From NCBI GenBank assembly GCA_964606015.1, contig CAZSEZ010000001.1, forward strand, positions 1 through 50,131: a stretch of 50,131 nt of DNA, in the 5' to 3' direction. Both the position numbers and the translations under genes were made by a program. The notes beneath the pieces were generated by a model that was given only the letters and a program-made list of their open reading frames with translations, was not told the DNA's origin and made no database searches. This DNA is from an uncultured bacterium. Lineage in GTDB: Bacteria > Cyanobacteriota > Cyanobacteriia > Cyanobacteriales > Xenococcaceae. Shown one piece after another: positions 9,978 to 19,728 of this stretch (the first letter of the stretch is position 1; the number at the start of each line of letters is the position of its first letter).

Positions 9978-11051
9978 ATGACAACCAAAATTTATCCCGT
10001 CATTTGGCAAGACGATAAGGTAAAGCTGATAGATCAGACCTTGCTACCCCAAAGATTCAACGTGGTAGAAATAAATCGTTGTGTAGATATGGCTCAGGCA
10101 ATCAAAACGATGATCGTCCGTGGTGCCCCTGCAATTGGAGTTGCAGCAGCCTATGGAATGTATCTAGGCGCTAGAGATAGTCAATATAGCGATCGCCCTC
10201 AATTCTTAGAGGAACTAGAGAGTACAGCACAACTGCTAAGAGGAACTCGTCCAACAGCAGTTAATTTATTTTGGGCAATCTCGCGCATGCTCAAAACAGC
10301 TTACGAGACTCTCGGAACCCTAGAAGAAATCAAACAGGCACTATTGGAAACTGCTCAGCAAATCCAGCAAGAAGATCTTAAAACTTGCCAGCAGATTGGC
10401 GATAACGGTTTACTAGTATTGCCAAGCACACTAGAACAAGTCACAATTCTGACGCACTGTAATGCTGGAGCGCTAGCAACAGCAGGATACGGAACTGCCC
10501 TAGGAGTAGTTCGTTCTGCGCATCAAGCTAATCGCCTCAAACAGGTTTATGCAGATGAAACTCGCCCTCGTTTACAAGGAGCAAAGCTAACTGCTTGGGA
10601 ATGTATTCAAGAGGATATTCCTGTTACAGTAATCGCGGATGGCATGGCTGCCCACTGTATGCAAAAAGGGAAAATAGATCTTGTAGTTGTAGGTGCAGAT
10701 CGGATTGCAGCCAATGGTGACACAGCTAACAAAATTGGTACTTACTCTCTAGCGATCTTGGCACAGGCACATGAGATTCCTTTTTATGTAGCTGCTCCCT
10801 TTTCAACAATAGACTTTGAGCTTGCAAGTGGAGAGCAAATTCCAATTGAAGAGAGAAATACTCAAGAGTTATATCAGATAGAAAAAACTAACTTCCGCGT
10901 TCCAGGGGCAGAATACTACAATCCTGCTTTTGATGTTACCCCTGCTAATCTGATTTCAGGCATTATCACGGAAAAAGGCGTGATTAAACCAGAGCTTTTG
11001 ATTAACTATCAAGATACGATTAAAAGAGGAAAAGGCAGTAAGAACGAATGA
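9978..11051 (+). CDS. mtnA: S-methyl-5-thioribose-1-phosphate isomerase
   Basis: [63 protein letters not shown]. Confidence 0.96.
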   Translation: MTTKIYPVIWQDDKVKLIDQTLLPQRFNVVEINRCVDMAQAIKTMIVRGAPAIGVAAAYGMYLGARDSQYSDRPQFLEELESTAQLLRGTRPTAVNLFWAISRMLKTAYETLGTLEEIKQALLETAQQIQQEDLKTCQQIGDNGLLVLPSTLEQVTILTHCNAGALATAGYGTALGVVRSAHQANRLKQVYADETRPRLQGAKLTAWECIQEDIPVTVIADGMAAHCMQKGKIDLVVVGADRIAANGDTANKIGTYSLAILAQAHEIPFYVAAPFSTIDFELASGEQIPIEERNTQELYQIEKTNFRVPGAEYYNPAFDVTPANLISGIITEKGVIKPELLINYQDTIKRGKGSKNE

Positions 11052-11239
11052 GGTAAGTTGAAGGGCAATAGCCACACAGAGTTTGTTTCTTGACAGAAAA
11101 GTAAGTTTGTCACTAGTCTGATTAAAATTCAAAGGCAGAGAAGCCAAAAATGTCTGGGATTCTCTACCTTCGAGTACTAGATTCAACTCCAAGCCTAATC
11201 TCATTTACTAGTCCTTAAACCACCTGAGGACAATCAACC

Positions 11240-12361
11240 TTAGTGATGGTGGTGATGATGAGCATGAGCATTGGCTAGTTGAGGATTAATGCTAACTCCT
11301 GTTTCTTCTAGCAGTAGTTCAATTTGTTCGTTTGCCCAATCTGCTGCCATGTAGAGAAACTCTGGACGATCATTAACACAAGGTAATTTAACAAAATTTA
11401 CCTGCGAGTGACGATGTTGAAGATTGTGAATAATGTGATCCACATCCAACAAAGTTTCGTGATTTTCAGTAGCAAAACCAATCGGCATCATTACGATCGC
11501 ATTTGCCCCAAGATCAATTAAATTTTGAGCGGCTAGCTTAACGTTGGGTTGAGTCCATTCAATTAAGGGCGTATCGTGATTTAGCCAACCTACAGAAATC
11601 AACGGGTACTTAGCAATTAGCTCTTCTCGAACTAATTCGTATAAAGCCTGACTTTCATCAATTCCCGATGTAAAACCCTTAGCCTTATGAGGACAACCAT
11701 GATTCATCAGAATTATACCAATTCGAGAAGGTAAATAAGCTTGTGCCAACTCGCTAGCAATCTTCTCCTCAACCATTTGTGCCATCAGTTTGATATAGCC
11801 CGAGCGATTATAAAAAGAAGGAATATAACGTGTATTTTGTACCCAGTGGCTGTCTTCGTCGCTTAGCTTAGCCAAGGCTTTATTAACTTGCTCTACAGCA
11901 ATCCCACTAGTAAAAATAGAATCTACTACTAACAGAGGATAAATCAATAGCTTAGAGAAACCTTCAGCCTTGATTTGAGCTAAAACTTGCTCTGGCAAAA
12001 AAGGCTGACAAAAATTAAAAGCTTTGAAAACCTTAACTTGATCGCCCCATTTAGCCCGCAGAATACGTTCGATTCCCTCTCTTTGACTTTCAAAAATTTG
12101 ATTATGAGGAGAAATAAAATTACCGTGTTGGTGTCCCCACTCATGAAGATCAAACTTAGCTAATATTTTGGCGAGGGGAGGATAAATCCAGTTAGGAACA
12201 GGGGCAAATTTAGCAGTTAATAAATTAAGAGCTTGTTCATTGTAATTCGCGAAATCTGCGTAGCTTTCGACTTCTCCGTAACCCATTAATAAAACAGCCA
12301 CTTTTTCCGTGGCAGTTGAGTCTAGATCTTCCCGATGGTGATGATGAGAGATTGTTACCAT
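11240..12361 (-). CDS. Ferrochelatase-family protein with His-rich N- and C-termini
   Basis: AVLLMGYGE, SP motif, LIYPL, LMNHG, PIGFATENHETLLDVD, CVND.PEF; HHHH at the start and HAHHHHHH at the end. Confidence 0.82.
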   Translation of the reverse strand: MVTISHHHHREDLDSTATEKVAVLLMGYGEVESYADFANYNEQALNLLTAKFAPVPNWIYPPLAKILAKFDLHEWGHQHGNFISPHNQIFESQREGIERILRAKWGDQVKVFKAFNFCQPFLPEQVLAQIKAEGFSKLLIYPLLVVDSIFTSGIAVEQVNKALAKLSDEDSHWVQNTRYIPSFYNRSGYIKLMAQMVEEKIASELAQAYLPSRIGIILMNHGCPHKAKGFTSGIDESQALYELVREELIAKYPLISVGWLNHDTPLIEWTQPNVKLAAQNLIDLGANAIVMMPIGFATENHETLLDVDHIIHNLQHRHSQVNFVKLPCVNDRPEFLYMAADWANEQIELLLEETGVSINPQLANAHAHHHHHH

Positions 12362-12553
12362 ATCTTGTGACCTGTGATGAATTGTCAGTCTTTGTTGAGG
12401 CGAATTGAGATTGATTTATTACCAATAAAAAACCAGCTATATTTTTCAGTGCAACTAATCATCCGCTAGCATCAAGCTAACGCGGTCATCTACAAGTGAG
12501 CTTTCTGTAAAGGAATAATTAGTATTTTTTAACTATTGATTCACCGTTATTAA

Positions 12554-13120
12554 ATGAAAGTAATAATCTGCCCTGGAGTACATGATTTAGAATTGAGTGA
12601 TCGCTTTTTAGCAAGCGTATTTTACACAACCAAAAGTTCTGCAACCCCAGGACAAAATAGCCAACATTTGCAACAGCCTCAAAAATTTTTGCTTTTTCCA
12701 ACAGAAAAATATCCAGCTTATTCTCCGTATCATCTTTACCGGTGGTTAAAGTTACAAAATCCAAGCCAGGAAGAGCTATTTTTTATTGCTTTTAGTGCAG
12801 GAGTCGTTGCAGCTATCGGGGCAATTCTGGCCTTGCAAAACCAAAGAGTGAAGATTTCTGGCCTAGTTGCGATCGATGGTTGGGGAGTCCCTTTGTGGGG
12901 CAAGTTTCCGATCTATCGTTTTAGCCACGATCACTTTACTCACTGGAGTTCAGCAATTTTAGGCACAGGCAAAGCAAGCTTTTACAGCGATCCTACTGTC
13001 GAGCATCTAACCATGTGGCATAGTCCAGAGAACTGTACAGGTTGGATTACTCAACAGCATTTACCACCCAGAAAAAGTACGGCCAAGGACTATTTACAAG
13101 AAATCCTATCAATAGCATGA
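12554..13120 (+). CDS. Hypothetical protein, alpha/beta-hydrolase-like
   Basis: ICPGVH, AFSAG nucleophile-elbow-like motif, IDGWG, SHDHFTHWS. Confidence 0.65.
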   Translation: MKVIICPGVHDLELSDRFLASVFYTTKSSATPGQNSQHLQQPQKFLLFPTEKYPAYSPYHLYRWLKLQNPSQEELFFIAFSAGVVAAIGAILALQNQRVKISGLVAIDGWGVPLWGKFPIYRFSHDHFTHWSSAILGTGKASFYSDPTVEHLTMWHSPENCTGWITQQHLPPRKSTAKDYLQEILSIA

Positions 13121-13161
13121 CCTAATCATTGCCAGAACCACACTTCAGAAATTACTAGCCA

Positions 13162-13578
13162 TTAACCAAATAACTCAAATACCTGGCGAGAAAACAATTT
13201 CAACTTCTCTTCAACCTGATTTGCTGGTTGATAATCCCCTAATAGCTGCCAGTTTTCTACAGTGGAAAATCGCCAAGCTTGACCAACATGGCTAAAACCA
13301 GCAGTTTCTAAACCAATAAATTTTTCTTTTTTCTCTAGAGGATCCTTGTAAAAACGAATCTGCACTAACATGCTGTTACATTGAATCCGAGGGCTCCAAC
13401 CAGGGAAATGAAACCCAATATCAATTGAGTCAGGATCTACTAATTCACGAGTCTCAGGATCATTTTTCCAGGGCTTAAGATCGGCTTTGACATCAGGAAA
13501 CTGGACTTTGAAAAGGTTTACTACAGAAGCTATCTTTGCGGTAACGTCCAATCCTTTAGCTCTCTCTGATGCGTTCAA
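13162..13578 (-). CDS. Conserved cyanobacterial hypothetical protein
   Basis: 138-aa ORF with DLKPW..DPET...DPDSIDIGFHFPG motif; GAGGAG just upstream of the TTG start. Confidence 0.75.
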   Translation of the reverse strand: MNASERAKGLDVTAKIASVVNLFKVQFPDVKADLKPWKNDPETRELVDPDSIDIGFHFPGWSPRIQCNSMLVQIRFYKDPLEKKEKFIGLETAGFSHVGQAWRFSTVENWQLLGDYQPANQVEEKLKLFSRQVFELFG

Positions 13579-13665
13579 GACTTTTTTAATCTCCTCGGCC
13601 TTTGAGTTTAAGGCAATTATAAATGACTTTGTTAGTATTTAGCTGTTAACTAGACTGCTTTTTCT

Positions 13666-14649
13666 GTGTTACCCATGGCTCCAAAATCAAACTTTTTCTA
13701 CTCTACAGTCCTCGCTACGATCACAACCACATTAGCCATCAATACAAGTCAAACCAGTTTGAGCGATGATAGTCATCCGCTACAACAAGAATATAGCGAT
13801 CGCTGGGAACTGATTAACTCTACACAGCAGCAGCCTCAGCCAGTACAGGAATTTCAGCCAGCAAACATCCCAGATAGTAAGGATGGTGAGATTTTTGCAG
13901 AGATTCTTACTAAAGCCCAACAGCAGAATTGGCAGCAACAAAATTTTAGTTTTATTGTGCAAAAAGTAGCAGAACAACTACTAGGTTCGGATTACGCAGC
14001 AGGGTTATTAGATAAATCAGCAACTGAAACCCTGGTTATTTCCCTGCAAAAATTTGACTGTATGCTGTTTCTAGAAAGTGTCCTTGCAATCGCACGAAAT
14101 ATCACCAGCCAAAATCAAGACTATAAAAGCTTTACGCAAAATGTCGCCGAGCAAAGATATGCTGGAGGGGAATTAACCGACTATTGTAGTCGTTTACATT
14201 ATTTTTCCCACTGGATCGCGGATAATCAGCAACGGGGATTGGTCAAAAATATCACTGCTAATTTGGGTGGCACTACAGAAAATCGTCAACTAAATTTCAT
14301 GACACAGCATCGCTCCAGCTATGCCCAACTCAAAAGTAACGATCAAAACTATAATTGCATTGCCAAAGTAGAACAAAGTCTTAACCAACTACCTTTCAGT
14401 TATATTCCCACCCAACAAATCTCCACTATTTACAGTCAACTGCAACCAGGTGATTTAGTCGGGATAGCAACCAAGATTAAAGGTTTGGACTTTACTCATA
14501 CGGGATTGGTTTATCGCGATCGCGATGGCAATACAGGACTCATTCATGCTTCACCCGCTGGGAGTGTAGTTATTGCCAAGGATTTACAAGCATATGTAGC
14601 GAATGTTCCTCAGGCAAGAGGAATTGTTGTAGCTAGAGCTAGCCGTTAA
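13666..14649 (+). CDS. DUF1460 family (permuted NlpC/P60-like amidase), secreted
   Basis: FDCMLFLE, RLHYFSHW, GLDFTHTG, IHASP; N-terminal signal-like segment; ATG 13675 is an alternative start. Confidence 0.85.
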   Translation: MLPMAPKSNFFYSTVLATITTTLAINTSQTSLSDDSHPLQQEYSDRWELINSTQQQPQPVQEFQPANIPDSKDGEIFAEILTKAQQQNWQQQNFSFIVQKVAEQLLGSDYAAGLLDKSATETLVISLQKFDCMLFLESVLAIARNITSQNQDYKSFTQNVAEQRYAGGELTDYCSRLHYFSHWIADNQQRGLVKNITANLGGTTENRQLNFMTQHRSSYAQLKSNDQNYNCIAKVEQSLNQLPFSYIPTQQISTIYSQLQPGDLVGIATKIKGLDFTHTGLVYRDRDGNTGLIHASPAGSVVIAKDLQAYVANVPQARGIVVARASR

Positions 14650-14797
14650 ATTGGGCTATTAAACTATAGAAATCGAAAATATTAGTTAAGCCAGTAGATT
14701 TGCTACCCAAGTTCAAGAGCAAGCAATAAAGATTATTCATTTCCCTAATTGCTCACCCTTGTTATTTCTAAAGACAATCTGAAATCAATTCAGATAA

Positions 14798-15583
14798 CTA
14801 ACTATCTTTAGCTGCTAAAAAACGATTATTAACTTCTTGCCAATTAACGACATTCCACCAGGCACTTAGATAGTCACCACGTCTATTTTGATACTTGAGG
14901 TAATAAGCGTGTTCCCAAACATCATTACCCATAATAGGTGCTTGACCATCAAGTAAGGGACTATCTTGATTAGCGGTACTAGTAACTTCTAAAGTTCCAT
15001 CACTATTCATAACTAACCACGCCCAGCCACTACCAAAGCGTTTCTTACCTGCGGTATTAAAAGCTTCTTTAAAAGTAGCGAAATCACCAAAGCTGGCATT
15101 AATTGCTGAAGCAATTTCTCCAGTAGGTTCTCCGCCACCGTCGGGTGACATAATCGACCAGAACATTGAATGGTTGGCATGGCCTCCACCGTTATTACGA
15201 ACAGTGAGACGAATATCTTCAGGAACCGCATCAAGATTACCTAAAAGCTCCTCTAAAGATTTTCCTTTTAATTCTGGATGTTTTGCGATCGCAGCATTTA
15301 AGTTTCTCACATAGCCTGCATGATGCTTACCATGATGAGTTCTCATGGTTTTACCATCAATATAGGCATCTAATGCATTAGATGCATAAGGCAGAGGGGG
15401 GAGGGTAAATTCTCCTGTGGATGCTTGGATAGAGGAGTGATTATGGGCTAAATAATTTTGGGGATTGCTTGCTAGGGTTGCTGAAGGTTGGAAATTACCT
15501 ACAAGGAGAAAAACTCCCAAACTCAACAAAAAGCACAAACCGTAAATCTTCCTCAAATCAAGTATTTTCTTTAAATTCATCAA
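14798..15583 (-). CDS. sodA: Mn superoxide dismutase with N-terminal signal/membrane anchor
   Basis: [34 protein letters not shown] (Mn-type signatures); hydrophobic N-terminal extension. Confidence 0.93.
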   Translation of the reverse strand: MMNLKKILDLRKIYGLCFLLSLGVFLLVGNFQPSATLASNPQNYLAHNHSSIQASTGEFTLPPLPYASNALDAYIDGKTMRTHHGKHHAGYVRNLNAAIAKHPELKGKSLEELLGNLDAVPEDIRLTVRNNGGGHANHSMFWSIMSPDGGGEPTGEIASAINASFGDFATFKEAFNTAGKKRFGSGWAWLVMNSDGTLEVTSTANQDSPLLDGQAPIMGNDVWEHAYYLKYQNRRGDYLSAWWNVVNWQEVNNRFLAAKDS

Positions 15584-16033
15584 TAACTAACCAATTAAGA
15601 ATTTGATGATGATACAAGATAATGAATCCTAACTGAAGTAACATTTGTAACTGGAAAGGGTAGAATTACATAAGAATTTCCTGAGAATAATCCCAAGAAA
15701 AGTTAGGAATCTTAGTACTAATATGTTGGCTACCATATTTACAGTCAGAGATTGTCTTACTATGCTTATGAGAAGTTTTGGTAGCTGAAAAATAACATCC
15801 CAAGTTGCGAATAAATACCTAATAACCACAAGGGATCTACTTTAAACAAGATTCAAGATTGATTGGCATGGAAAAACAAATCAACCATATAACAACTTGT
15901 TGGTATCAAGCTTAAAGGAAGAAAAATCCTTTGGAGATTACAACCACCAAATTATTTTGTAGTTAAGAAATTATTGATACAGTCTCGATTACTATTTCTT
16001 TTTAAACCCAAATAAGGATCACAAGTAAACAGA

Positions 16034-16717
16034 CTAATGCTTTACGACTAACATTTCGTTACCATTTTTCTGAAATTCGTAGGGTACAGTTTGAATTTCC
16101 AGAGAATAGCCTTTTTGTTCAAGATTTTTGATTACTGACTCCAAATGATAGGAGGTCTCTCCTGTGAAGTTCTCTACTATGGGGAAAATTCTTGCTTCTT
16201 GGGCTATGCGACACATCTCTTGAATTGCGGTGAGATGAAAATCAGCATCAAACTGTTCGGAATAAGTAAATAATAAATGAGAACAAAGAGCTAGCTCAAA
16301 CTCTTGGTCAGAGAAAGGTAAACTCGGCAACTCGACATTTCGATATCGTCCTTGCTCCAAACCTCGATCATAATCAGCCAAAAATGAATTCATGGCTGTT
16401 AACCGAGATTCTTTTAATTCTTCTGGGGTAGTAACCTCCTGCCAGACAAAGCGATCGCGATTTTCAATTAAACCAGCAACTATTTGCGGACAAGTCTCTT
16501 CTATTCTGCCCCGAATTTCTGCTGTACTGAAACGATAGATCGGATCGCAGGATACAACCTTGTTACCGAGACTCGTCATTTCAGCATTAAAGCTAGCAGG
16601 TCCTCCAGCACAATCAATAATCGATAAAGTGAGATCGCGATCACTCAGAGCAAACATCTGACGGTAGTTAGCCAAGGATCTGCCCCAAGGAACCACATTT
16701 TCTAACTTAAAAACCAT
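16034..16717 (-). CDS. SAM-dependent methyltransferase-like protein
   Basis: IIDCAGGPASF motif-I-like, LPFSDQEFELALCSHLLF, EMCRI. Confidence 0.8.
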   Translation of the reverse strand: MVFKLENVVPWGRSLANYRQMFALSDRDLTLSIIDCAGGPASFNAEMTSLGNKVVSCDPIYRFSTAEIRGRIEETCPQIVAGLIENRDRFVWQEVTTPEELKESRLTAMNSFLADYDRGLEQGRYRNVELPSLPFSDQEFELALCSHLLFTYSEQFDADFHLTAIQEMCRIAQEARIFPIVENFTGETSYHLESVIKNLEQKGYSLEIQTVPYEFQKNGNEMLVVKH

Positions 16718-16820
16718 AATCTTATTGGACTACAAAATTGACTTAATGAAGCGATCACAAACCTAGCTTCTACTAACTTATGAACTAGAACAAATCACAC
16801 GCAAGGAGAAAGATTCTAAT

Positions 16821-17336
16821 TTACTGGAATTCTGTGGGCACTATATCAGGAAAGATCAATTGCATAATGACAACATCTAGCCATCGTCCGCGATGATAGC
16901 CAATTTCTTTTTGGGTACCGACCATTTCAAAGCCAAATCGCTGATGAAATCTAATACTTTGAGGATTGGTCGCCAAAATTTTGGCAACCACATGATGGTA
17001 ACCAAAGGCTTTTACCTGCTTCAATAAAGCACTCTGTAAAGATGAACCATAGCCTTGGCCAGTTGCAGAAAGACTGAAATAAATCGAGGTTTCACAACAG
17101 ACATAGTAGCCAGGGCGATCGCTATAGCGCTTAATAATGCCCCAACCAATAACTTGATCTTCTTTTTGAGCAACTAAAATAGTTTCCCGATGATTAAACT
17201 TACTAACTATGGTTGCAATATCATCTGGAGTGTAAGCCTTTTGATCCATTGTTACACCCCCAAGAGCGATCGCTTCATTATAAATACTAGCGATTATTGC
17301 CAAGTCTTCAGGTAAATAGGTTCTAATTTTTATCAC
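16821..17336 (-). CDS. GNAT N-acetyltransferase (YncA/MnaT/phosphinothricin acetyltransferase-like)
   Basis: IYNEAI, ETSIYF, TGQGYGS acetyl-CoA loop, NPQSIRFHQRFGF, EIGY..GRWLDVVIMQ. Confidence 0.9.
   Translation of the reverse strand: MIKIRTYLPEDLAIIASIYNEAIALGGVTMDQKAYTPDDIATIVSKFNHRETILVAQKEDQVIGWGIIKRYSDRPGYYVCCETSIYFSLSATGQGYGSSLQSALLKQVKAFGYHHVVAKILATNPQSIRFHQRFGFEMVGTQKEIGYHRGRWLDVVIMQLIFPDIVPTEFQ
17115..17122. repeat. HIP1 octamer GCGATCGC (one example of many)
   Basis: Also at 17266, 18719, 20527 and numerous other sites across the window; cyanobacterial hallmark. Confidence 0.9.
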
Positions 17337-17872
17337 AGATATAGAAAATTCATTAATAACAAGAACTAAAGGTCTAGTAATTAAATCAATAATTAACCCT
17401 AATAGTTTTTGTTTTTTATACTTACCATAGCTCTACGTCAATACGGTATGTATTTTATTGACCCAATAATTGAATTAATAAAATTTTAACCATTGAGCTT
17501 ACTTATAAACTTAAATTCAATAATACCAGTCTTATACTTTTCTTCTAGCAAACATTTACCCCCATTGTAACCAACAATAAATAATTATCATCTAATCCTT
17601 ATTTTCTATTCTCAGGTCTATTATCATCCACATATAAGCCATATACCCTGACTTAAGATTAAACAACCAATCAAATTAGATCTCAATTATTGTAGTCCGA
17701 GTTCATATATCTAGCATTTTTTAGAATTTCAACAAAATGTTCTACTGAAGTAACCAAAAGTCATGTTTCTAGATTTTTCTCAGCTAAGTTTAAGCATTCT
17801 CCTCTCTAATCTTGAATAAAAGTAATTTGCTGTTTTTAAGCGCCGCTCTATCAAATTAGAGAAAGAACTGCC

Positions 17873-18652
17873 ATGACGCACAAAGTTAAATTCGAAAACA
17901 GGGAAACTTCTATTTACAAGTTTCCTGATAGACTACAAAATCTTATTTATCTTTTATCTCAAACTAACAACCTCACTTCCAATCAAGTCTGTCAAAGCCT
18001 TAAGACAGCTAAAATTCAACCCGAAGACCTGCTCCCTTGGACAACCTTTGATCATCCAATAACCCATAGTTATGGCAGAAAACTTGTATATCATGGAGGA
18101 TATTTTGAGGTTATGGTGATGTCCTGGGCTCCAGGGGATATCAGTGCCATTCATGACCATGGAAAAACTCAGTGGGGAGCAGTCCAGTGTTTTGGCAAAG
18201 CAAAACATTGGTCATTTCAATTAAATAATCGATTATTACAAACTAGGGAATATAGCGAAATCACCCCAGGGCAGATAGTAGAAGTCAGCCACGAATTAAT
18301 TCATCAGATGGGAAACTACACTCAGGATTATTTTCTCTCATTACATATTTATGGCAATTCCCAAAAACCTAGCTCAATTACGGGAAACGCACGTATTTTC
18401 GATCTCTTCGAACAAACCATTCAATATACGGACGGTGGCGTATTTTTCTGTTTGCCGGAAACTGATATTTCGCGAAAAATCTTGGGCATAAGTGCAGATC
18501 CTGCTAGCGCCTTAAGGCACCATAAACAAATGTATTCTCGAATCAACTCTATTCTGAGATTTTTTCCTCCCGATTTGGAATATTGGCAAGCTAAAGCACT
18601 TAAACTAGAGCGCGAAATTTCTAGATTGAGTCAAATAGAGAATCTTAATTAA
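17873..18652 (+). CDS. Cysteine dioxygenase family protein with C-terminal extension
   Basis: YGR, SW.PG..S.IHDHG, LIHQMGN, SLHIY: 3-His iron triad and Ser-His-Tyr motif of thiol dioxygenases. Confidence 0.88.
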   Translation: MTHKVKFENRETSIYKFPDRLQNLIYLLSQTNNLTSNQVCQSLKTAKIQPEDLLPWTTFDHPITHSYGRKLVYHGGYFEVMVMSWAPGDISAIHDHGKTQWGAVQCFGKAKHWSFQLNNRLLQTREYSEITPGQIVEVSHELIHQMGNYTQDYFLSLHIYGNSQKPSSITGNARIFDLFEQTIQYTDGGVFFCLPETDISRKILGISADPASALRHHKQMYSRINSILRFFPPDLEYWQAKALKLEREISRLSQIENLN

Positions 18653-18661
18653 CACGTTTTC

Positions 18662-19651
18662 ATGAGGAACTTATCTCTAGATCGAATTAACCCTAAGTTA
18701 TTATTAATTAGCTCAAGAGCGATCGCAGCATTACGTCCAGCAGTCATTGCCTTTCTTATCAGTCAAGGGGCAAAACTGAGTGGTGGGACAGAAACACCTA
18801 TTTCATTTTGTAATGTACTCTTCGTTGGTAATTTTTGTGCAGCAATTTCCGTTGCACTATGGTTCAATCTAACTGATCTCATTACTGAGATTAAAACATT
18901 AAAGAAAAAAGTATTAATTGCTTTATTGGTTAATGGAATTTTATCCGCACTTTTATCATCATTGATCTTTCTAGGCTTAAATTTTACATCAGTTACCAAT
19001 GCAGTTTTAATCGGTAGGTTTGGCCCAGTTCTTTTTGCCCTAGCTGGAACATTATTCTTAGGCAAAAAAATTACAAAACTAGAGTGGTTTGGCTTCAGTC
19101 TGATTTTAGTCGGCATCACTGCCATCATCTTAAAAAGAAGCATGTTTCAAATCAATTTAGGGGATCTTTTGATCTTAGCTTCAGCTTTTGTCTATATGAC
19201 TACTTCATTAATTGGCAAACTAGTTCTTTCTGGACAAGCCAGTTTAGGAGTTGTAGTCTTTACGAGAAATTTTATTTCTTCAGTTATTTTCTTTATTATT
19301 GCTAATATTTTATTTGGCTTCAGGCATTTTGGAGATGTATTCTCTGGACAACTATGGATTGTAATGTCAATCTATGCTCTGGTTATTATCGTAGTTGCCC
19401 AATTATTGTGGTACGCAGCCCTAGGCAAACTCGATTCAAAAACTGTTGGCAGTCTAGCCTCTCTTTCTCCAGTATTTGGAGTCACTTATGCCTACTTTTT
19501 AAACGGAGAACGCCCTTCAACTGTTCAAATAAGTTCATTTGTCATTATTATGATTGGTCTAACCATTTCTAATTTAGACAAAAACAAATCACCACAAAGA
19601 GAATCAGATCTAGATAAAATGCCTCAAGCAGAATGCTCTACAAATGCCTAG
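18662..19651 (+). CDS. EamA/DMT family transporter
   Basis: About 10 TM segments in two EamA repeats (TSVTNAVLI..FGPV, GDLLILAS, LSPVFG..NGE); 9 nt after the CDO stop. Confidence 0.88.
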   Translation: MRNLSLDRINPKLLLISSRAIAALRPAVIAFLISQGAKLSGGTETPISFCNVLFVGNFCAAISVALWFNLTDLITEIKTLKKKVLIALLVNGILSALLSSLIFLGLNFTSVTNAVLIGRFGPVLFALAGTLFLGKKITKLEWFGFSLILVGITAIILKRSMFQINLGDLLILASAFVYMTTSLIGKLVLSGQASLGVVVFTRNFISSVIFFIIANILFGFRHFGDVFSGQLWIVMSIYALVIIVVAQLLWYAALGKLDSKTVGSLASLSPVFGVTYAYFLNGERPSTVQISSFVIIMIGLTISNLDKNKSPQRESDLDKMPQAECSTNA

Positions 19652-19728
19652 CTTTACTTTTAACAAACAAGCTTTATTTCTCAGCTTAAATACAACTTTT
19701 TAGTAATCTTCTTTGACAATTAAATTCT

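Noticed and set aside
15629-15829. 66-aa ORF upstream of sodA (likewise 6118-6303 and 29662-29862)
   Set aside because: Non-ATG starts, no RBS or motifs, located in AT-rich promoter regions
17340-19700. Recent horizontal acquisition of the CDO cluster, suggested by AT-richness
   Set aside because: HIP1 sites occur in the GNAT, EamA and ligase genes, and no integrase, IS, tRNA or flanking direct repeats are visible; older transfer is not excluded
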